DNA of 64,000 nucleotides from Candidatus Sulfopaludibacter sp. (GTDB taxonomy: Bacteria; Verrucomicrobiota; Verrucomicrobiia; Limisphaerales; UBA11358), in the NCBI GenBank assembly GCA_035508155.1, contig DATJNM010000074.1, positions 15 through 64,014 on the forward strand. The letters run 5' to 3'. Each line of letters starts with the position of its first letter. Position 1 is the first letter of the stretch. The notes under the pieces are model-generated. The model saw nothing but the letters and a program-made list of their open reading frames with translations, was not told the origin of the DNA and searched no databases. Positions 35,960 through 45,561 of this stretch are shown one piece after another. A program made the position numbers and the translations under genes.

Positions 35960-37057
35960 CTACCGCTGCACCCGCGCGCTGCCGCCGCCCATGGTCTTCT
36001 CGACTTCCTTGCGCGTGGCCATGCTCGTGTCGCCGGGCGTGGTCGAGGCCAGCGCGCCGTGCGCCGCGCCGTAGTCCACGGCTTTTTGCGGGTCGTTGAA
36101 TTCGAGAAACCCGAATTGCAGGCCGCTGGCAAAGCTGTCGCCGCCGCCGACGCGGTCGAGAATCTCCAGTTCAGGGTATTTGCGGCTCTCGAAAAACTTT
36201 CCGTCGTGCCAGAGAATCGCGCTCCAGTCATTCTTCGTTGCGGTGATGACGCGGCGCAATGTCGTGGCGGCCACCTTGAAGTTCGGATACGCTTTTACCG
36301 CCGTGGCAATCATCGCCTTGAACGCCTCAGTCTCAATTTTGCTCAGGTTTTTGTCCTCGCCCTTCACCTCGAAACCGAGGCACGCGGTGAAATCCTCTTC
36401 GTTTCCGATCATCACGTCCACGTATTTGGCGATTTCCTTGTTTACCTCCTGTGCCTTCTTCTGGCCGCCGATGGACTTCCAGAGCGACGGGCGGTAATTC
36501 AAATCGTAACTGACCATCGTGCCGTGCTGCTTCGCGGCCTTCACCGCCTCAATCGTCAACGCCGCCGTGGTTTCGGACAGTGCCGCAAAGATGCCGCCGG
36601 TGTGGAACCAGCGCGAGCCGAGCTTGCCGAAAATGTGGTTCCAGTCGAAATCGCCGGGCTTGAGCTGCGACGCGGCGGAATGGCCGCGGTCCGGCACGCC
36701 GACCGCGCCGCGAAGGCCGAAGCCGCGCTCGGTGAAATTCAGGCCGTTGCGGATGCTGCGGCCGATGCCGTCGTCGGGGCGCCACAGGATGAAGTCCGTA
36801 TCCACGCCGCCCTGCATGATGAAATCCTCGATAAGATGACCGACCTCGTTGTCCACCAGCGCGGTGCAGGTGGCGGTCTTGAGCCGGAAACATTTGCGGA
36901 GGCCGCGCGAGGTATTGTATTCGCCGCCGCCTTCCCACGCCTTGAATTCGCGCGCGGTGCGGATGCGCCCTTCGCCGGGGTCGAGCCGCAGCATGATTTC
37001 GCCGAGGGAAATTTGATCGTATTTGCAGGATGATTTGTCTCGCAGTTGAATGCTCAT
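35960..37057 (-). CDS. PfkB-family sugar kinase (2-dehydro-3-deoxygluconokinase-like)
   Basis: [12 protein letters not shown]...GGGEYN N-terminus and a [13 protein letters not shown]-terminal PfkB signature. Confidence 0.75.
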   Translation of the reverse strand: MSIQLRDKSSCKYDQISLGEIMLRLDPGEGRIRTAREFKAWEGGGEYNTSRGLRKCFRLKTATCTALVDNEVGHLIEDFIMQGGVDTDFILWRPDDGIGRSIRNGLNFTERGFGLRGAVGVPDRGHSAASQLKPGDFDWNHIFGKLGSRWFHTGGIFAALSETTAALTIEAVKAAKQHGTMVSYDLNYRPSLWKSIGGQKKAQEVNKEIAKYVDVMIGNEEDFTACLGFEVKGEDKNLSKIETEAFKAMIATAVKAYPNFKVAATTLRRVITATKNDWSAILWHDGKFFESRKYPELEILDRVGGGDSFASGLQFGFLEFNDPQKAVDYGAAHGALASTTPGDTSMATRKEVEKTMGGGSARVQR

Positions 37058-37069
37058 AAGGCTTCTTTG

Positions 37070-37148
37070 TCCGCGAATTACGCCAATTTTCGCGAATTTC
37101 TTTTGTCATTTTAAGAATCAATTCGCGTCAATTCGCGAAATTAGCGGA
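37070..37148. repeat. Imperfect palindrome (AATTCGCG family, not heptameric)
   Basis: TCCGCGAATTACGCCAATTTTCGCGAATT ... AATTCGCGTCAATTCGCGAAATTAGCGGA. Confidence 0.7.
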
Positions 37149-37161
37149 TTCTATGTTCAGT

Positions 37162-38259
37162 TTATACTTGTGCTGTTTTGAATTCAGTTAAATTCCAGAC
37201 CGGTTCGCCGACTTCCCTGGCGAGGTGGTGGAACTCCTCAAGTTCGGCCCTGGTGAAAAGCAGGCCGCCGTATTTCCTGGATAGCTCGCCATTTCGTGCC
37301 TCCGGCTGGCCGGGCAACAGGCACTTCTCGTTGCCGTGGCCGAGAATGTCGGCGATGATTGCCTTGACGTTCTGCGCCTGCGTGCGGCCCCTGGCGTAAT
37401 CGTTACCCCGGAGTGCGTCGGGATGGATGACCTGGAAATAAAACGTAGAGGCGCGCTTCTCCTCCGGGTCGCCGAGCGCCGTGCCGCGGATTTGCGGCAG
37501 CCCACCGCCGATGTAAGCGGCGTAAAGTTCGTCAATCAAACCCAGGCCGTAGCCTTTGTGCTGGCCGAACGGCAACAGCGCGACGGCTTTGTTCGGATCG
37601 TCCGTTTCCTTGCCGTCGGCGTCCACGGCGCAGCCGGGCGGAAGTTTCTTGCCTTCGCGTTTGAGCACCTGCACGCGGCCCATCGCCACGGTTGAAGTCG
37701 CCCAATCAATCACGATGGGAAAGCCAATCGCGTCCTGCGTTGGGAACCCCCAGGAATGCGGGTTGGTGCCCATCGTCGGCGTCTTGCCGCCGAACGGCAC
37801 GACTTCGGACGTGGCCGAGGTGCAATTCGTGTAGGCGATGAAGCCCTTGAGCGCGGCGTCCATCACGTAGCCGCCGCCCCAGAGATAATGCGTCGCGTTG
37901 TCCACGCTCACCATGCCGACGCCGTACTGGTCGGCGAGCTTCATGCAGGTGTCCATGGCCTCGTAAGCCACGGCCTGGCCGAGCTTGAAATGCGCGTTCC
38001 AGGTTTCGGCGGCGGCGAAGCGCGACGGCAGCTTCTCGATTTTCGCGCCGGGCTTCCAGCGGCCGACCTTGCTGCCGAACAATTCATCCAGGTGCAGCGC
38101 CTTGAGGGCGTTGTGCGTGCGGATGCCGTAGTACGCCGCAAAGGAACAAAACCGCGTCCCGGCGGCAGCCTCGGCGTCGTCATAACCACGCTTGAGATAC
38201 GCTTTCTTTACGAGCGCATCGTGCTTTTCTTTAGGAACAATGAAATAGGTCTCGGGCAT
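37162..38259 (-). CDS. Ldh_2 family (malate/L-lactate/2,3-diketogulonate-type) dehydrogenase
   Basis: About 365 aa. ...NPHSWGFP...IVIDWATS.VAMG.V... is a pattern typical of the family. The ATG at 38259 is used. Confidence 0.7.
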   Translation of the reverse strand: MPETYFIVPKEKHDALVKKAYLKRGYDDAEAAAGTRFCSFAAYYGIRTHNALKALHLDELFGSKVGRWKPGAKIEKLPSRFAAAETWNAHFKLGQAVAYEAMDTCMKLADQYGVGMVSVDNATHYLWGGGYVMDAALKGFIAYTNCTSATSEVVPFGGKTPTMGTNPHSWGFPTQDAIGFPIVIDWATSTVAMGRVQVLKREGKKLPPGCAVDADGKETDDPNKAVALLPFGQHKGYGLGLIDELYAAYIGGGLPQIRGTALGDPEEKRASTFYFQVIHPDALRGNDYARGRTQAQNVKAIIADILGHGNEKCLLPGQPEARNGELSRKYGGLLFTRAELEEFHHLAREVGEPVWNLTEFKTAQV

Positions 38260-38260
38260 A

Positions 38261-38368
38261 AACAATTGTGAACATCGAACGTTCAACATTCACCGCCCAA
38301 CATTCAAGAAAACGCCCGCGATAATGCTTGCTGCACATTCGGTGTTGAATGTTGATTGTTGCCTGTTC
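38261..38368. repeat. Heptamer-periodic imperfect palindrome (AACATTC family)
   Basis: Left arm GAACATC GAACGTT CAACATT CACCGCC CAACATT. Right arm CATTCGGTGTTGAATGTTGATTGTTG. Confidence 0.75.
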
Positions 38369-38376
38369 ATCTTTCA

Positions 38377-39354
38377 TCACACCACTTTCTTCACCGGCAC
38401 TTCCGGATTGACCTGTGCGATGGGCTTCTCGCCCTTCATCGCGAGGATGAGATTTTTCACCGAAGTTGTTGCCTGGCGCACGACGCTTTCATAAGTGCGC
38501 GACGCGACATGCGGCGTGCAGACGACGTTGGGCAACTTGAGCAACGGATGGTCCGCTGGCGGCGGTTCCTTGTCCAGTACGTCGGTGCCGTAGCCGCCGA
38601 CCTGGCCGGATTTCAGCGCTTCCACCATGTCATTCGTATTCACAATCTCGCCCCGCGCGCAGTTCAAAATCAGAACGCCCTTCTTCATTTTGGCGAACGA
38701 TTTCTCGTTGATCATGCCGCGCGTTTCCGGCGTGAGGTTCGTGTGCAGCGAAATGTAGTCGCTGGCGGCGAAAATGTCGTCGAGGGTGGTGGCGCGTTTC
38801 ACGCCATGTTCCTTCGCGAATTTCTCGTCCCAGTAAATGTCGAAACCGATCGGCGCCATGCCGAAGGCCTTCGCGCGGATGGCGACTTCCCTGCCGATAC
38901 GGCCCAGGCCGACGATGCCGATGGTCTTTTCCAAAAGCTCGTGGCCGGTTTTGCGTTTCCATTCGCCTTTGCGGCTGGCGTCCACGCCGTAGAGGAAATT
39001 TTTCTCCAGCGCGAGCAGTAGCAGGAAAGTATGTTCGGCGACGGTGGTGTGATTGACACCGGGTGTGAAGAGGACGGGAATGCCGAGTTCGGTGCAGGAT
39101 TTCACGTCAATCTTGTCCACGCCGATGCCATATTTGCTGATGACCTTGAGCTTGGGTCGCGCTTTTTCGAGCACCTTGCGTGTGATGGCGTCGTCGCCGC
39201 AGATGTAGCCTTCGGCGTCGCCGACGAGCTTGAGCGTGTCAGCCTCATTGAGCGGGCCGCGGGCGCGGACGATTTCCCAGCCGGTCTGGGCAAGCAAATC
39301 GTGGTGCGCGCCGGGTGTGTCCTGGAACGAAGTCGTCGTCAGTAAAATTTTCAT
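38377..39354 (-). CDS. D-isomer-specific 2-hydroxyacid dehydrogenase family protein
   Basis: GIVGLGRIGREVA NAD-binding motif and the ...CARG..V... / TPH catalytic pattern. Confidence 0.8.
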   Translation of the reverse strand: MKILLTTTSFQDTPGAHHDLLAQTGWEIVRARGPLNEADTLKLVGDAEGYICGDDAITRKVLEKARPKLKVISKYGIGVDKIDVKSCTELGIPVLFTPGVNHTTVAEHTFLLLLALEKNFLYGVDASRKGEWKRKTGHELLEKTIGIVGLGRIGREVAIRAKAFGMAPIGFDIYWDEKFAKEHGVKRATTLDDIFAASDYISLHTNLTPETRGMINEKSFAKMKKGVLILNCARGEIVNTNDMVEALKSGQVGGYGTDVLDKEPPPADHPLLKLPNVVCTPHVASRTYESVVRQATTSVKNLILAMKGEKPIAQVNPEVPVKKVV

Positions 39355-39366
39355 GCCGAACAAGGT

Positions 39367-39402
39367 ATAAAAAAATCAGCCTCCGCATCAATCACGGAGG
39401 CT
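39367..39402 (-). terminator. Rho-independent terminator after the PilZ-like gene
   Basis: Minus strand: AGCCTCCG tgattgatg CGGAGGCT ga TTTTTTTATA. Confidence 0.75.
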
Positions 39403-39438
39403 AATGAAAAAGTGCCTGTAGTTGTGAAAATTTGGCAC

Positions 39439-39774
39439 TCAACCGGCGCCCAGTTCAGAATAAACCATCGAATTCAGCCGTGATTGAGCCTGTTTGGACA
39501 TGCCGGTAAAGAGGAGGGAGACGTGGTAGCCGACGTGTTTGTTGCCGGAACAGGCAATGACCACGCCGCTGCACTGGATGGGATTCTCCTCCCGGGGCGA
39601 TTGCAAGGCAATCGTCATTTCCGTCCACAAATTGAACGGCACGGGGCTGCGAAATTCGACGCCGCTTTTGTGGATTACGACCGAATCGGGGGAAAGTTCG
39701 AGGCGGGTTTGCCGCGCTTCGACAGTAATTTGTTGCTGGAATGAACCAACAGTTTCAAGCTTTCTTGCACTCAT
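39439..39774 (-). CDS. Small PilZ-like domain protein (putative)
   Basis: 111 aa with a beta-barrel-like pattern (VIHKSGVEFRS..P....EMTIAL......IQCSGVVIAC). The assignment is tentative. Confidence 0.4.
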   Translation of the reverse strand: MSARKLETVGSFQQQITVEARQTRLELSPDSVVIHKSGVEFRSPVPFNLWTEMTIALQSPREENPIQCSGVVIACSGNKHVGYHVSLLFTGMSKQAQSRLNSMVYSELGAG

Positions 39775-39843
39775 AAGAACAGTCTAAAATAACATGCCAA
39801 CGACAAACGTCAAATTAGCGTCTGCGATTGCCCGGATAAGTTT

Positions 39844-40869
39844 TTACCACTCAATGACTGCCGCGCCCCAGGTCAGGCCGGCGCCGAAAACGATCAGTAA
39901 AATCAGGTCGCCGTGATGGATTTTTCCCGAAGCAACGGCTTCGTCCAGGGCAATGGCCACCGAGGCCGCGGACGTGTTGCCGTAGCGGTTCACATTGACG
40001 AACAACTGGTGCGGCGCCGCGCCGAGGCGTTCGCCGACGGCATCAATGATGCGGCGATTGGCCTGGTGCGGAATGATGCATTTGATTTTGGAAATATCCA
40101 CTTCGCAACGGCGCAACGCCTCCTGGGCCGCCGTGCACATGGCCTGAACAGCGCTCTTGAATGTCTCGCGCCCTTCCATTTGCAGGTAATGCAGTTTTCC
40201 GGTCACCGTTTCCAGGCTGGCCGGACAACGGCTGCCGCCGCCGGGCATGAAGAGCAAATTCGACTTTCCGCCATCAGCACCCATCACCGCCGTCAGCAAA
40301 CCGTGGGCGTTGGGACGGTTTTGCAGAATCGCCGCCCCCGCCCCGTCGCCGAACAGGACGCACGTGTTGCGGTCGTTCCAATTCACAATGGACGAAAGTT
40401 TTTCCGCGCCGATGACGAGCACCGTGTCATAGGTGCGCGACATGATGAATTGCTGCCCGACTTCCAGGCCGTAAATGAACCCCGAGCAGGCCGCCTCCAG
40501 GTCAAAGGCCGCCGCGCGCCGGGCGCCGAGTTTTTGTTGCACCAGACACGCGGTGGCGGGAAACGGCATATCCGGCGTGATGGTGGCCACGGTGATCAGA
40601 TCGAGCTGCTCCGCGGTGACCCCGGCCATTTTCATCGCCCGTTGTGCGGCTTTGGCCGCCATGTCCGAAGTGAATTCATTCTTCGCCGCCACCCGCCGTT
40701 CCTTGATGCCGGTGCGGGTGGTGATCCATTCGTCCGAGGTGTCCACCATCTTTTCCAAATCGGCATTGGTAAGAACCCTGGCCGGCACATACGAGCCGAC
40801 GCCGGTGATGGAACAGGTGCGTCCCTGGAAATTAAACCGGGCGCGGGGATTTTTGAATTTTGGACTCAT
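39844..40869 (-). CDS. fabH: Beta-ketoacyl-ACP synthase III
   Basis: ITGVGSYVPARVLTNADLEKMVDTSDEWI..RTGI..R, AACSGF active-site Cys, HQAN, GNTSAAS. Confidence 0.9.
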   Translation of the reverse strand: MSPKFKNPRARFNFQGRTCSITGVGSYVPARVLTNADLEKMVDTSDEWITTRTGIKERRVAAKNEFTSDMAAKAAQRAMKMAGVTAEQLDLITVATITPDMPFPATACLVQQKLGARRAAAFDLEAACSGFIYGLEVGQQFIMSRTYDTVLVIGAEKLSSIVNWNDRNTCVLFGDGAGAAILQNRPNAHGLLTAVMGADGGKSNLLFMPGGGSRCPASLETVTGKLHYLQMEGRETFKSAVQAMCTAAQEALRRCEVDISKIKCIIPHQANRRIIDAVGERLGAAPHQLFVNVNRYGNTSAASVAIALDEAVASGKIHHGDLILLIVFGAGLTWGAAVIEW

Positions 40870-41906
40870 TGAGGAACCGGACGGGAAACTGGCGACGCCT
40901 CCAGTTTTTCATTCGCGTGGGCGATTTCGCGGGCGATGAGATCGTTGATATGATGCTGCACCGCTTCGGCGGTGACTTGCAACGCGCTGGCGACGGCCCG
41001 TTCATGCGCCGACGCATGCGCCTTGAACACCAGCCCTTTGAAGCCGAGCAGCGGCGCGCCGCCATAGACTTCCGGGTCCATCCGCTTGCGGATGGCCTGA
41101 AACGCGCCTTTGGCGAGGAACGCGCCGATTTGTCGCTGGGCCGAATTCATCAACTCGCGTTTGAGCATCGAGAACATGGCGACGGCGAGGCTTTCGGAAG
41201 TTTTTAAAACAATGTTGCCGACAAACCCATCGCACACCACCACGTCCACGTGATCCTTGAACAAATCATGGCCTTCGACGTTGCCGATGAAATTCAGGTC
41301 CAGCCGCTGGCAAAGTTTAAAGGCTTCCAGGGTCAATTCATTGCCTTTGGAATCCTCCCGGCCGATGCTCAAGACGCCCACGCGCGGATGGCGTCGCCGC
41401 AAGACCTCGCGGGAATAGATGTTGCCCATCACCGCAAATTGCGCCAGGTGAACCGGCTTGCATTCGATATTGGCGCCGGCGTCCAGCAGGACAAATTCAT
41501 TGCCCTGCCGGGGAATGACCGTGGCAATGCAACCGCGGTCCACGCCGGGAATGCGGCCGACCTTGAAGGTGGCCGCGGCGAAGATGCCGCCGGTGTTGCC
41601 CAGGGAAACCAGCGCGTCGGCCTTGCCTTCGTGAACCAGTTCCGCGGCGCGGGCGATGGAACTGTCGCGTTTTTTGCGAAGCGCCGTGGCCGGTTTATCC
41701 TCCATTTCCACGACTTCGCTGGTGTGCACGACGCGCACGCGATGGTCGCGAAAACCGCGGGCCGGGAGGGCGGCGTGGATGCTGGCCTGGTTGCCGACCA
41801 GATAGAGGGCGGTGATTTTCTTGTTTTCCTCCAGTGCCCGCCTGACGCCTTCGATGACGACTCCGCATCCGTGGTCGCCGCCCATGACATCCACCGCTAT
41901 TCGCAT
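40866..41906 (-). CDS. plsX: Phosphate acyltransferase
   Basis: MRIAVDVMGGDHG...; 346 aa. Overlaps fabH by 4 nt. Confidence 0.9.
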   Translation of the reverse strand: MRIAVDVMGGDHGCGVVIEGVRRALEENKKITALYLVGNQASIHAALPARGFRDHRVRVVHTSEVVEMEDKPATALRKKRDSSIARAAELVHEGKADALVSLGNTGGIFAAATFKVGRIPGVDRGCIATVIPRQGNEFVLLDAGANIECKPVHLAQFAVMGNIYSREVLRRRHPRVGVLSIGREDSKGNELTLEAFKLCQRLDLNFIGNVEGHDLFKDHVDVVVCDGFVGNIVLKTSESLAVAMFSMLKRELMNSAQRQIGAFLAKGAFQAIRKRMDPEVYGGAPLLGFKGLVFKAHASAHERAVASALQVTAEAVQHHINDLIAREIAHANEKLEASPVSRPVPQ

Positions 41907-41942
41907 AGATGGAGACGGAAATTTCCCGCCGAGGGCGGCCGC

Positions 41943-42131
41943 TTAAGTACCGGCCGTAACGCTCAACACCTGGCGGCCTTTATAATAGCCGCAGGCCGGA
42001 CAAACCCGGTGAGGCACATAAGGCGCGGCGCATTGCGGGCAGGTACTCAGTTGCGGCAGCGTCATGACGCTGTTGTAAGCGCGGCGCATGCGCTGCCGGC
42101 TGCGGGATGGTTTGCGTTTGGGAACACCCAT
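41943..42131 (-). CDS. rpmF: 50S ribosomal protein L32
   Basis: MGVPKRKPSRSRQRMRRA...CPQCAAPYVPHRVCPACGYYKGRQV. Confidence 0.9.
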   Translation of the reverse strand: MGVPKRKPSRSRQRMRRAYNSVMTLPQLSTCPQCAAPYVPHRVCPACGYYKGRQVLSVTAGT

Positions 42132-42132
42132 A

Positions 42133-42243
42133 ATTTGGTGATTGGCAATTTGTGGTTGGTTGAATTGTCAAAGGGTGGCCAGCCGCCCGTTTCACCAATC
42201 ACTTGTTTAACTTTTTAACTTAAATTCAATTTGTCCAATTCAG
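42133..42243. repeat. Possible heptamer-type element (TGATTGG/TGGTTGG words) at the rpmF/yceD junction
   Basis: AATTTGG TGATTGG CAATTTG TGGTTGG TTGAATT, with partial inverse partners CACCAATCAC and AATTCAATTTGTCCAATTC. Weaker than the others. Confidence 0.3.
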
Positions 42244-42691
42244 TCCACGCGGACGGGGCAAATTCATCAGCGTTTTTCCGGGCCTTGCCGGTCTTTGTTT
42301 TCAGTCCGCCACAATCCGGTTTGCACAGCGGATGCTGCGGAAATTCCAAGAGCATATCTTCACGCACAAACGGCGTCAAGTCTGCGCAATCGTTGACGAC
42401 GGCCACCCGGTCTTCGCCGGCAAACGGCAGATGACAGGTCCAGGTCTTCAATTCCAGCCGGCGGGTGAACGGTTGCAAACACCGCACGCAATGGCAGGCC
42501 AGCTCCAGCCGCAGCGCACCGCGGACCAACAGACCGTCTTCCAATTTTTGGACCTCGAGGTCGTACTGCAATGGCCCGGCCACCTGAATCATTTCGTCCC
42601 CCGTTTCCATGTCCAGTTCCGCCGCGGGCAGTTCGCCGCACAAGGTTACGTTGTGCTCCTCCAGATGGCGCAGATTGACAGTCAACGGCAT
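42215..42691 (-). CDS. yceD: YceD family (DUF177) protein
   Basis: C..C...CVRCL CxxC pattern. The position upstream of rpmF-plsX is the canonical one. Confidence 0.8.
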   Translation of the reverse strand: MPLTVNLRHLEEHNVTLCGELPAAELDMETGDEMIQVAGPLQYDLEVQKLEDGLLVRGALRLELACHCVRCLQPFTRRLELKTWTCHLPFAGEDRVAVVNDCADLTPFVREDMLLEFPQHPLCKPDCGGLKTKTGKARKNADEFAPSAWTELDKLNLS

Positions 42692-42703
42692 GACTTGCTC
42701 CGT

Positions 42704-43195
42704 TCAAGATGTCCTTGTTCCGGGAAACTTTTTTGCCAGGGCGGTTCGCACGTTGGGCGGCACGAAGGCATCCACGTCGCCGCCCAGCCGCGCGATCTCC
42801 TTCACGATGCGTGAGCTTAAAAACGTGTACGTGTCCTTCGGCATCATGAAGATCGTTTCGATGTTTTCGTTCAGCTTGCGGTTCATCAGCGCGAGTTGAA
42901 ATTCGAATTCAAAATCCGACACCGCGCGCAATCCCCGCACCACGGCCTGCGCCTTCCGGTCCACCACGTATTCGATGAGCAGGCCGTCAAAGGTGTCGGC
43001 TTCGACGCCCGGCAGATGGCGCACCGCCTGTTTTACCAGCGCGAGCCTTTCATTCAAGGTGAACAGGGGGCGTTTGTCCTCGTTCTTGGCAATGGCTATC
43101 ACCACCCGATCGAACAGCTTGGCCGCGCGCTGAACGACGTCCAAATGACCGTTGGTCAGTGGATCAAAACTGCCGGGATAAATTGCCATGCGCAT
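42704..43195 (-). CDS. coaD: Phosphopantetheine adenylyltransferase
   Basis: MRMAIYPGSFDPLTNGHLDVVQRA... The track start at 43204 is a GTG. Confidence 0.9.
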   Translation of the reverse strand: MRMAIYPGSFDPLTNGHLDVVQRAAKLFDRVVIAIAKNEDKRPLFTLNERLALVKQAVRHLPGVEADTFDGLLIEYVVDRKAQAVVRGLRAVSDFEFEFQLALMNRKLNENIETIFMMPKDTYTFLSSRIVKEIARLGGDVDAFVPPNVRTALAKKFPGTRTS

Positions 43196-43240
43196 CACCG
43201 TCACTTTAACACGCGCGGCGAAATTGACGAGAAAGAAAAA

Positions 43241-45484
43241 TCATTTTGCCTCCGGCAACTGCCACGGCACTTCATAGACCCGCACGGCGGCGCGGATGCC
43301 CTTGATCGTGACCGGGAACATCTCGAGGCACGCCGCCGCCAGCGCGTGATCATCGCGGCGCAAACGCTTATAGGTCGTATCGCTGATGATGATTCGGCCG
43401 CTGCCGGAAAAGTTTTCCAGGCGGCTGGCGAGGTTTACCTCCCGGCCAAAAACCGTGTAGTTATATTGGTGCGCTTCCGAGCCCATCAAACCGACCGTCA
43501 CCAGGCCGGTATTGATGCCGGTGCCAAACTGGAGCGCGGTCAACTGCGGCAGGGGCGGCAGGCCGGCGGAAATCCGCAAACGATTTTCGGCGTCACGCTT
43601 GGGGGTATCGGCCAGGCGTCTTTGATTCAACTCATGAACGGCGCGTTGCGTGTCAATCGCCGCGCGCACGCATGCCAGGGCGTGCTTCTCGTTGGGCGTG
43701 GGCGCGCCCCAAAACGCCATGACGCAGTCGCCGATGTATTTGTCCAGGGTGCCCCCGTTTTTTTTCACCGCATCCGCGACGACGGCGAGATAAAGATTGA
43801 CGGTGTTCAGCATTTCGCGGGCCGATTCATCAAAATAGGCTTCTTCCGTTGCCTTATCCCATTGATGTTTGTGGATGGCTTCCGCCACACGTTCCTGGGT
43901 TTCATCCGTCATGGAGGTAAAACCGCGGATGTCGGCGAAAAACACGGTCACTTCGCGGCGCGCGCCGCCCAGGGAAAGTTTTTTCGCGTTAAGCAATTCG
44001 TTCATCACGTCCGGCGAAACGATTTTAGAAAAGACGGATTTGACGCGGCGTTGTTCGCTTTCTTCGAACGCGACGCGATAAGTTACCAGGCTTAAATGCT
44101 CGACCAGTATGCCGGCGACCGGGAAGACCAGCGGCAGCCAGACGCGGAACTCCACGAACGCGTAGAAACCGGCGGCAACGTAAGCCAGCACCAACAGAAA
44201 GACCGTTGTCGAGGCAACGTCCACACGCAATTGCCAGGTCAGAAAGGCGGTCAACACCCCCAGAAACACAACGAGCGCCAGTTCGGTGTTCAGCGAGGCG
44301 CGGCGGACAAATCGGCCGGTGATGATGGAATTGGCGACGTTCCAATGTTTGCTGACCAGCAGTGTGTCTTTTTCCAGGGGGGTTGCGCCGCGATCGGTCA
44401 GGTCGTTGCCCTGCGCTGCCGAACCGACCACGACCAGTTTGCCCCGAAAGGCATTGCTGAGTCCGTTGGTCTCGCCGTTCAAACGCTCCTTGTCCTGCTC
44501 CAGCAAGGTTTCAATCGGCGCGCTGGTGAGACGCGGGTCATTTGGCTTCAGTCTCCAATCCACATAAAAATAGCCCTTGGCGTCCACGGGAATCACCCGC
44601 ACCAGGTCATTGGTGCCATGCAGAGTAATCCGGCCATCCGGCAAATCCACATCGGCCTGAGCCAGATCCAGTCCCAATTCCCGCGCAGCGAGGACGATGC
44701 CCATATGCCAGACACGTTCGTCAGTGAACGGTCTGGCTTTCGTGGGTCGCCCCGCCGAAGTCTTTCCGCCGTTAATGTCCATCTCGCCATTGTTATCGAG
44801 CGGGATTTCCAGTGCTTGCCCGTCTTCCAGCGGCAGGATGAGCTGGCCTTTTTCAACCAGGATATCGCTCAAACTGACACCATGGGTTTGCGCCACTCGC
44901 TCCACGAGCGGATGCCAGCGACGAACCATCTGGAAGGCTTTCACGCGCCGCAAGACACCGTCGGAATCTTTCTCGGTCGTGATGTCGCCCAGCGCGAGCA
45001 CGTTGGTGGCAAATAAACTGGGCGGCACCAGGTCGGGCGTGGCAGCCAGAATGACGTTGCCGGCCAACCGGCATTGCAACGCAAAAAAGACGTCGGAATC
45101 AATCAATCCACCGTCGGCCATTCGCACGGGGGGATGGTCCGGCCGTAATTCACCGAACTGCACATCGAAAGCGATGGCTTTGGCGCCCTGCGCCGCGAGT
45201 TCTTCCACGAGCCGGCCATAGACCTGCCGCGGCCACTTCAGTCCATACTGGTATCCCAGCCGGCCGCTTTGCACCGCTACAATACTGGAATCTTGAATGG
45301 CCACGAAGGCGAGATTGGTTGCCGCTGGCGCAGGAAAATGCAAGGCGGTCCGCGCGCGCAAGTCGTAGGTGATCCCCTCCACCTGCTCCAGAAAATTCAG
45401 TTGCAACAAACGGACAACGCAAACACAAAGAAGGATTGCCGCGGCCAAAAGAGCCGGCGTCCGCTGAATGGGTTTGAACTGCAC
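43241..45484 (-). CDS. CHASE2 sensor domain-containing class III adenylate/guanylate cyclase
   Basis: N-terminal extracytoplasmic CHASE2-like region, three TM helices, then the cyclase core VTVFFADIRGFTSM...YIGDCVMAFWGAP...GINTG.V.VG..GS......YTVFG..VN.ASRLE. Confidence 0.85.
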   Translation of the reverse strand: MQFKPIQRTPALLAAAILLCVCVVRLLQLNFLEQVEGITYDLRARTALHFPAPAATNLAFVAIQDSSIVAVQSGRLGYQYGLKWPRQVYGRLVEELAAQGAKAIAFDVQFGELRPDHPPVRMADGGLIDSDVFFALQCRLAGNVILAATPDLVPPSLFATNVLALGDITTEKDSDGVLRRVKAFQMVRRWHPLVERVAQTHGVSLSDILVEKGQLILPLEDGQALEIPLDNNGEMDINGGKTSAGRPTKARPFTDERVWHMGIVLAARELGLDLAQADVDLPDGRITLHGTNDLVRVIPVDAKGYFYVDWRLKPNDPRLTSAPIETLLEQDKERLNGETNGLSNAFRGKLVVVGSAAQGNDLTDRGATPLEKDTLLVSKHWNVANSIITGRFVRRASLNTELALVVFLGVLTAFLTWQLRVDVASTTVFLLVLAYVAAGFYAFVEFRVWLPLVFPVAGILVEHLSLVTYRVAFEESEQRRVKSVFSKIVSPDVMNELLNAKKLSLGGARREVTVFFADIRGFTSMTDETQERVAEAIHKHQWDKATEEAYFDESAREMLNTVNLYLAVVADAVKKNGGTLDKYIGDCVMAFWGAPTPNEKHALACVRAAIDTQRAVHELNQRRLADTPKRDAENRLRISAGLPPLPQLTALQFGTGINTGLVTVGLMGSEAHQYNYTVFGREVNLASRLENFSGSGRIIISDTTYKRLRRDDHALAAACLEMFPVTIKGIRAAVRVYEVPWQLPEAK

Positions 45485-45496
45485 CCCGCCGGATTA

Positions 45497-45530
45497 AACG
45501 AAAAACCAGAGCAACTCAAGGCTGCTCTGG
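45497..45530 (-). terminator. Rho-independent terminator after the FecR-like gene
   Basis: Minus strand: CCAGAGCA gccttgagt TGCTCTGG TTTTTCGTTT. Confidence 0.65.
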
Positions 45531-45561
45531 TTTTGCCTTTTGCCACAAGGCAGGATAAAGC

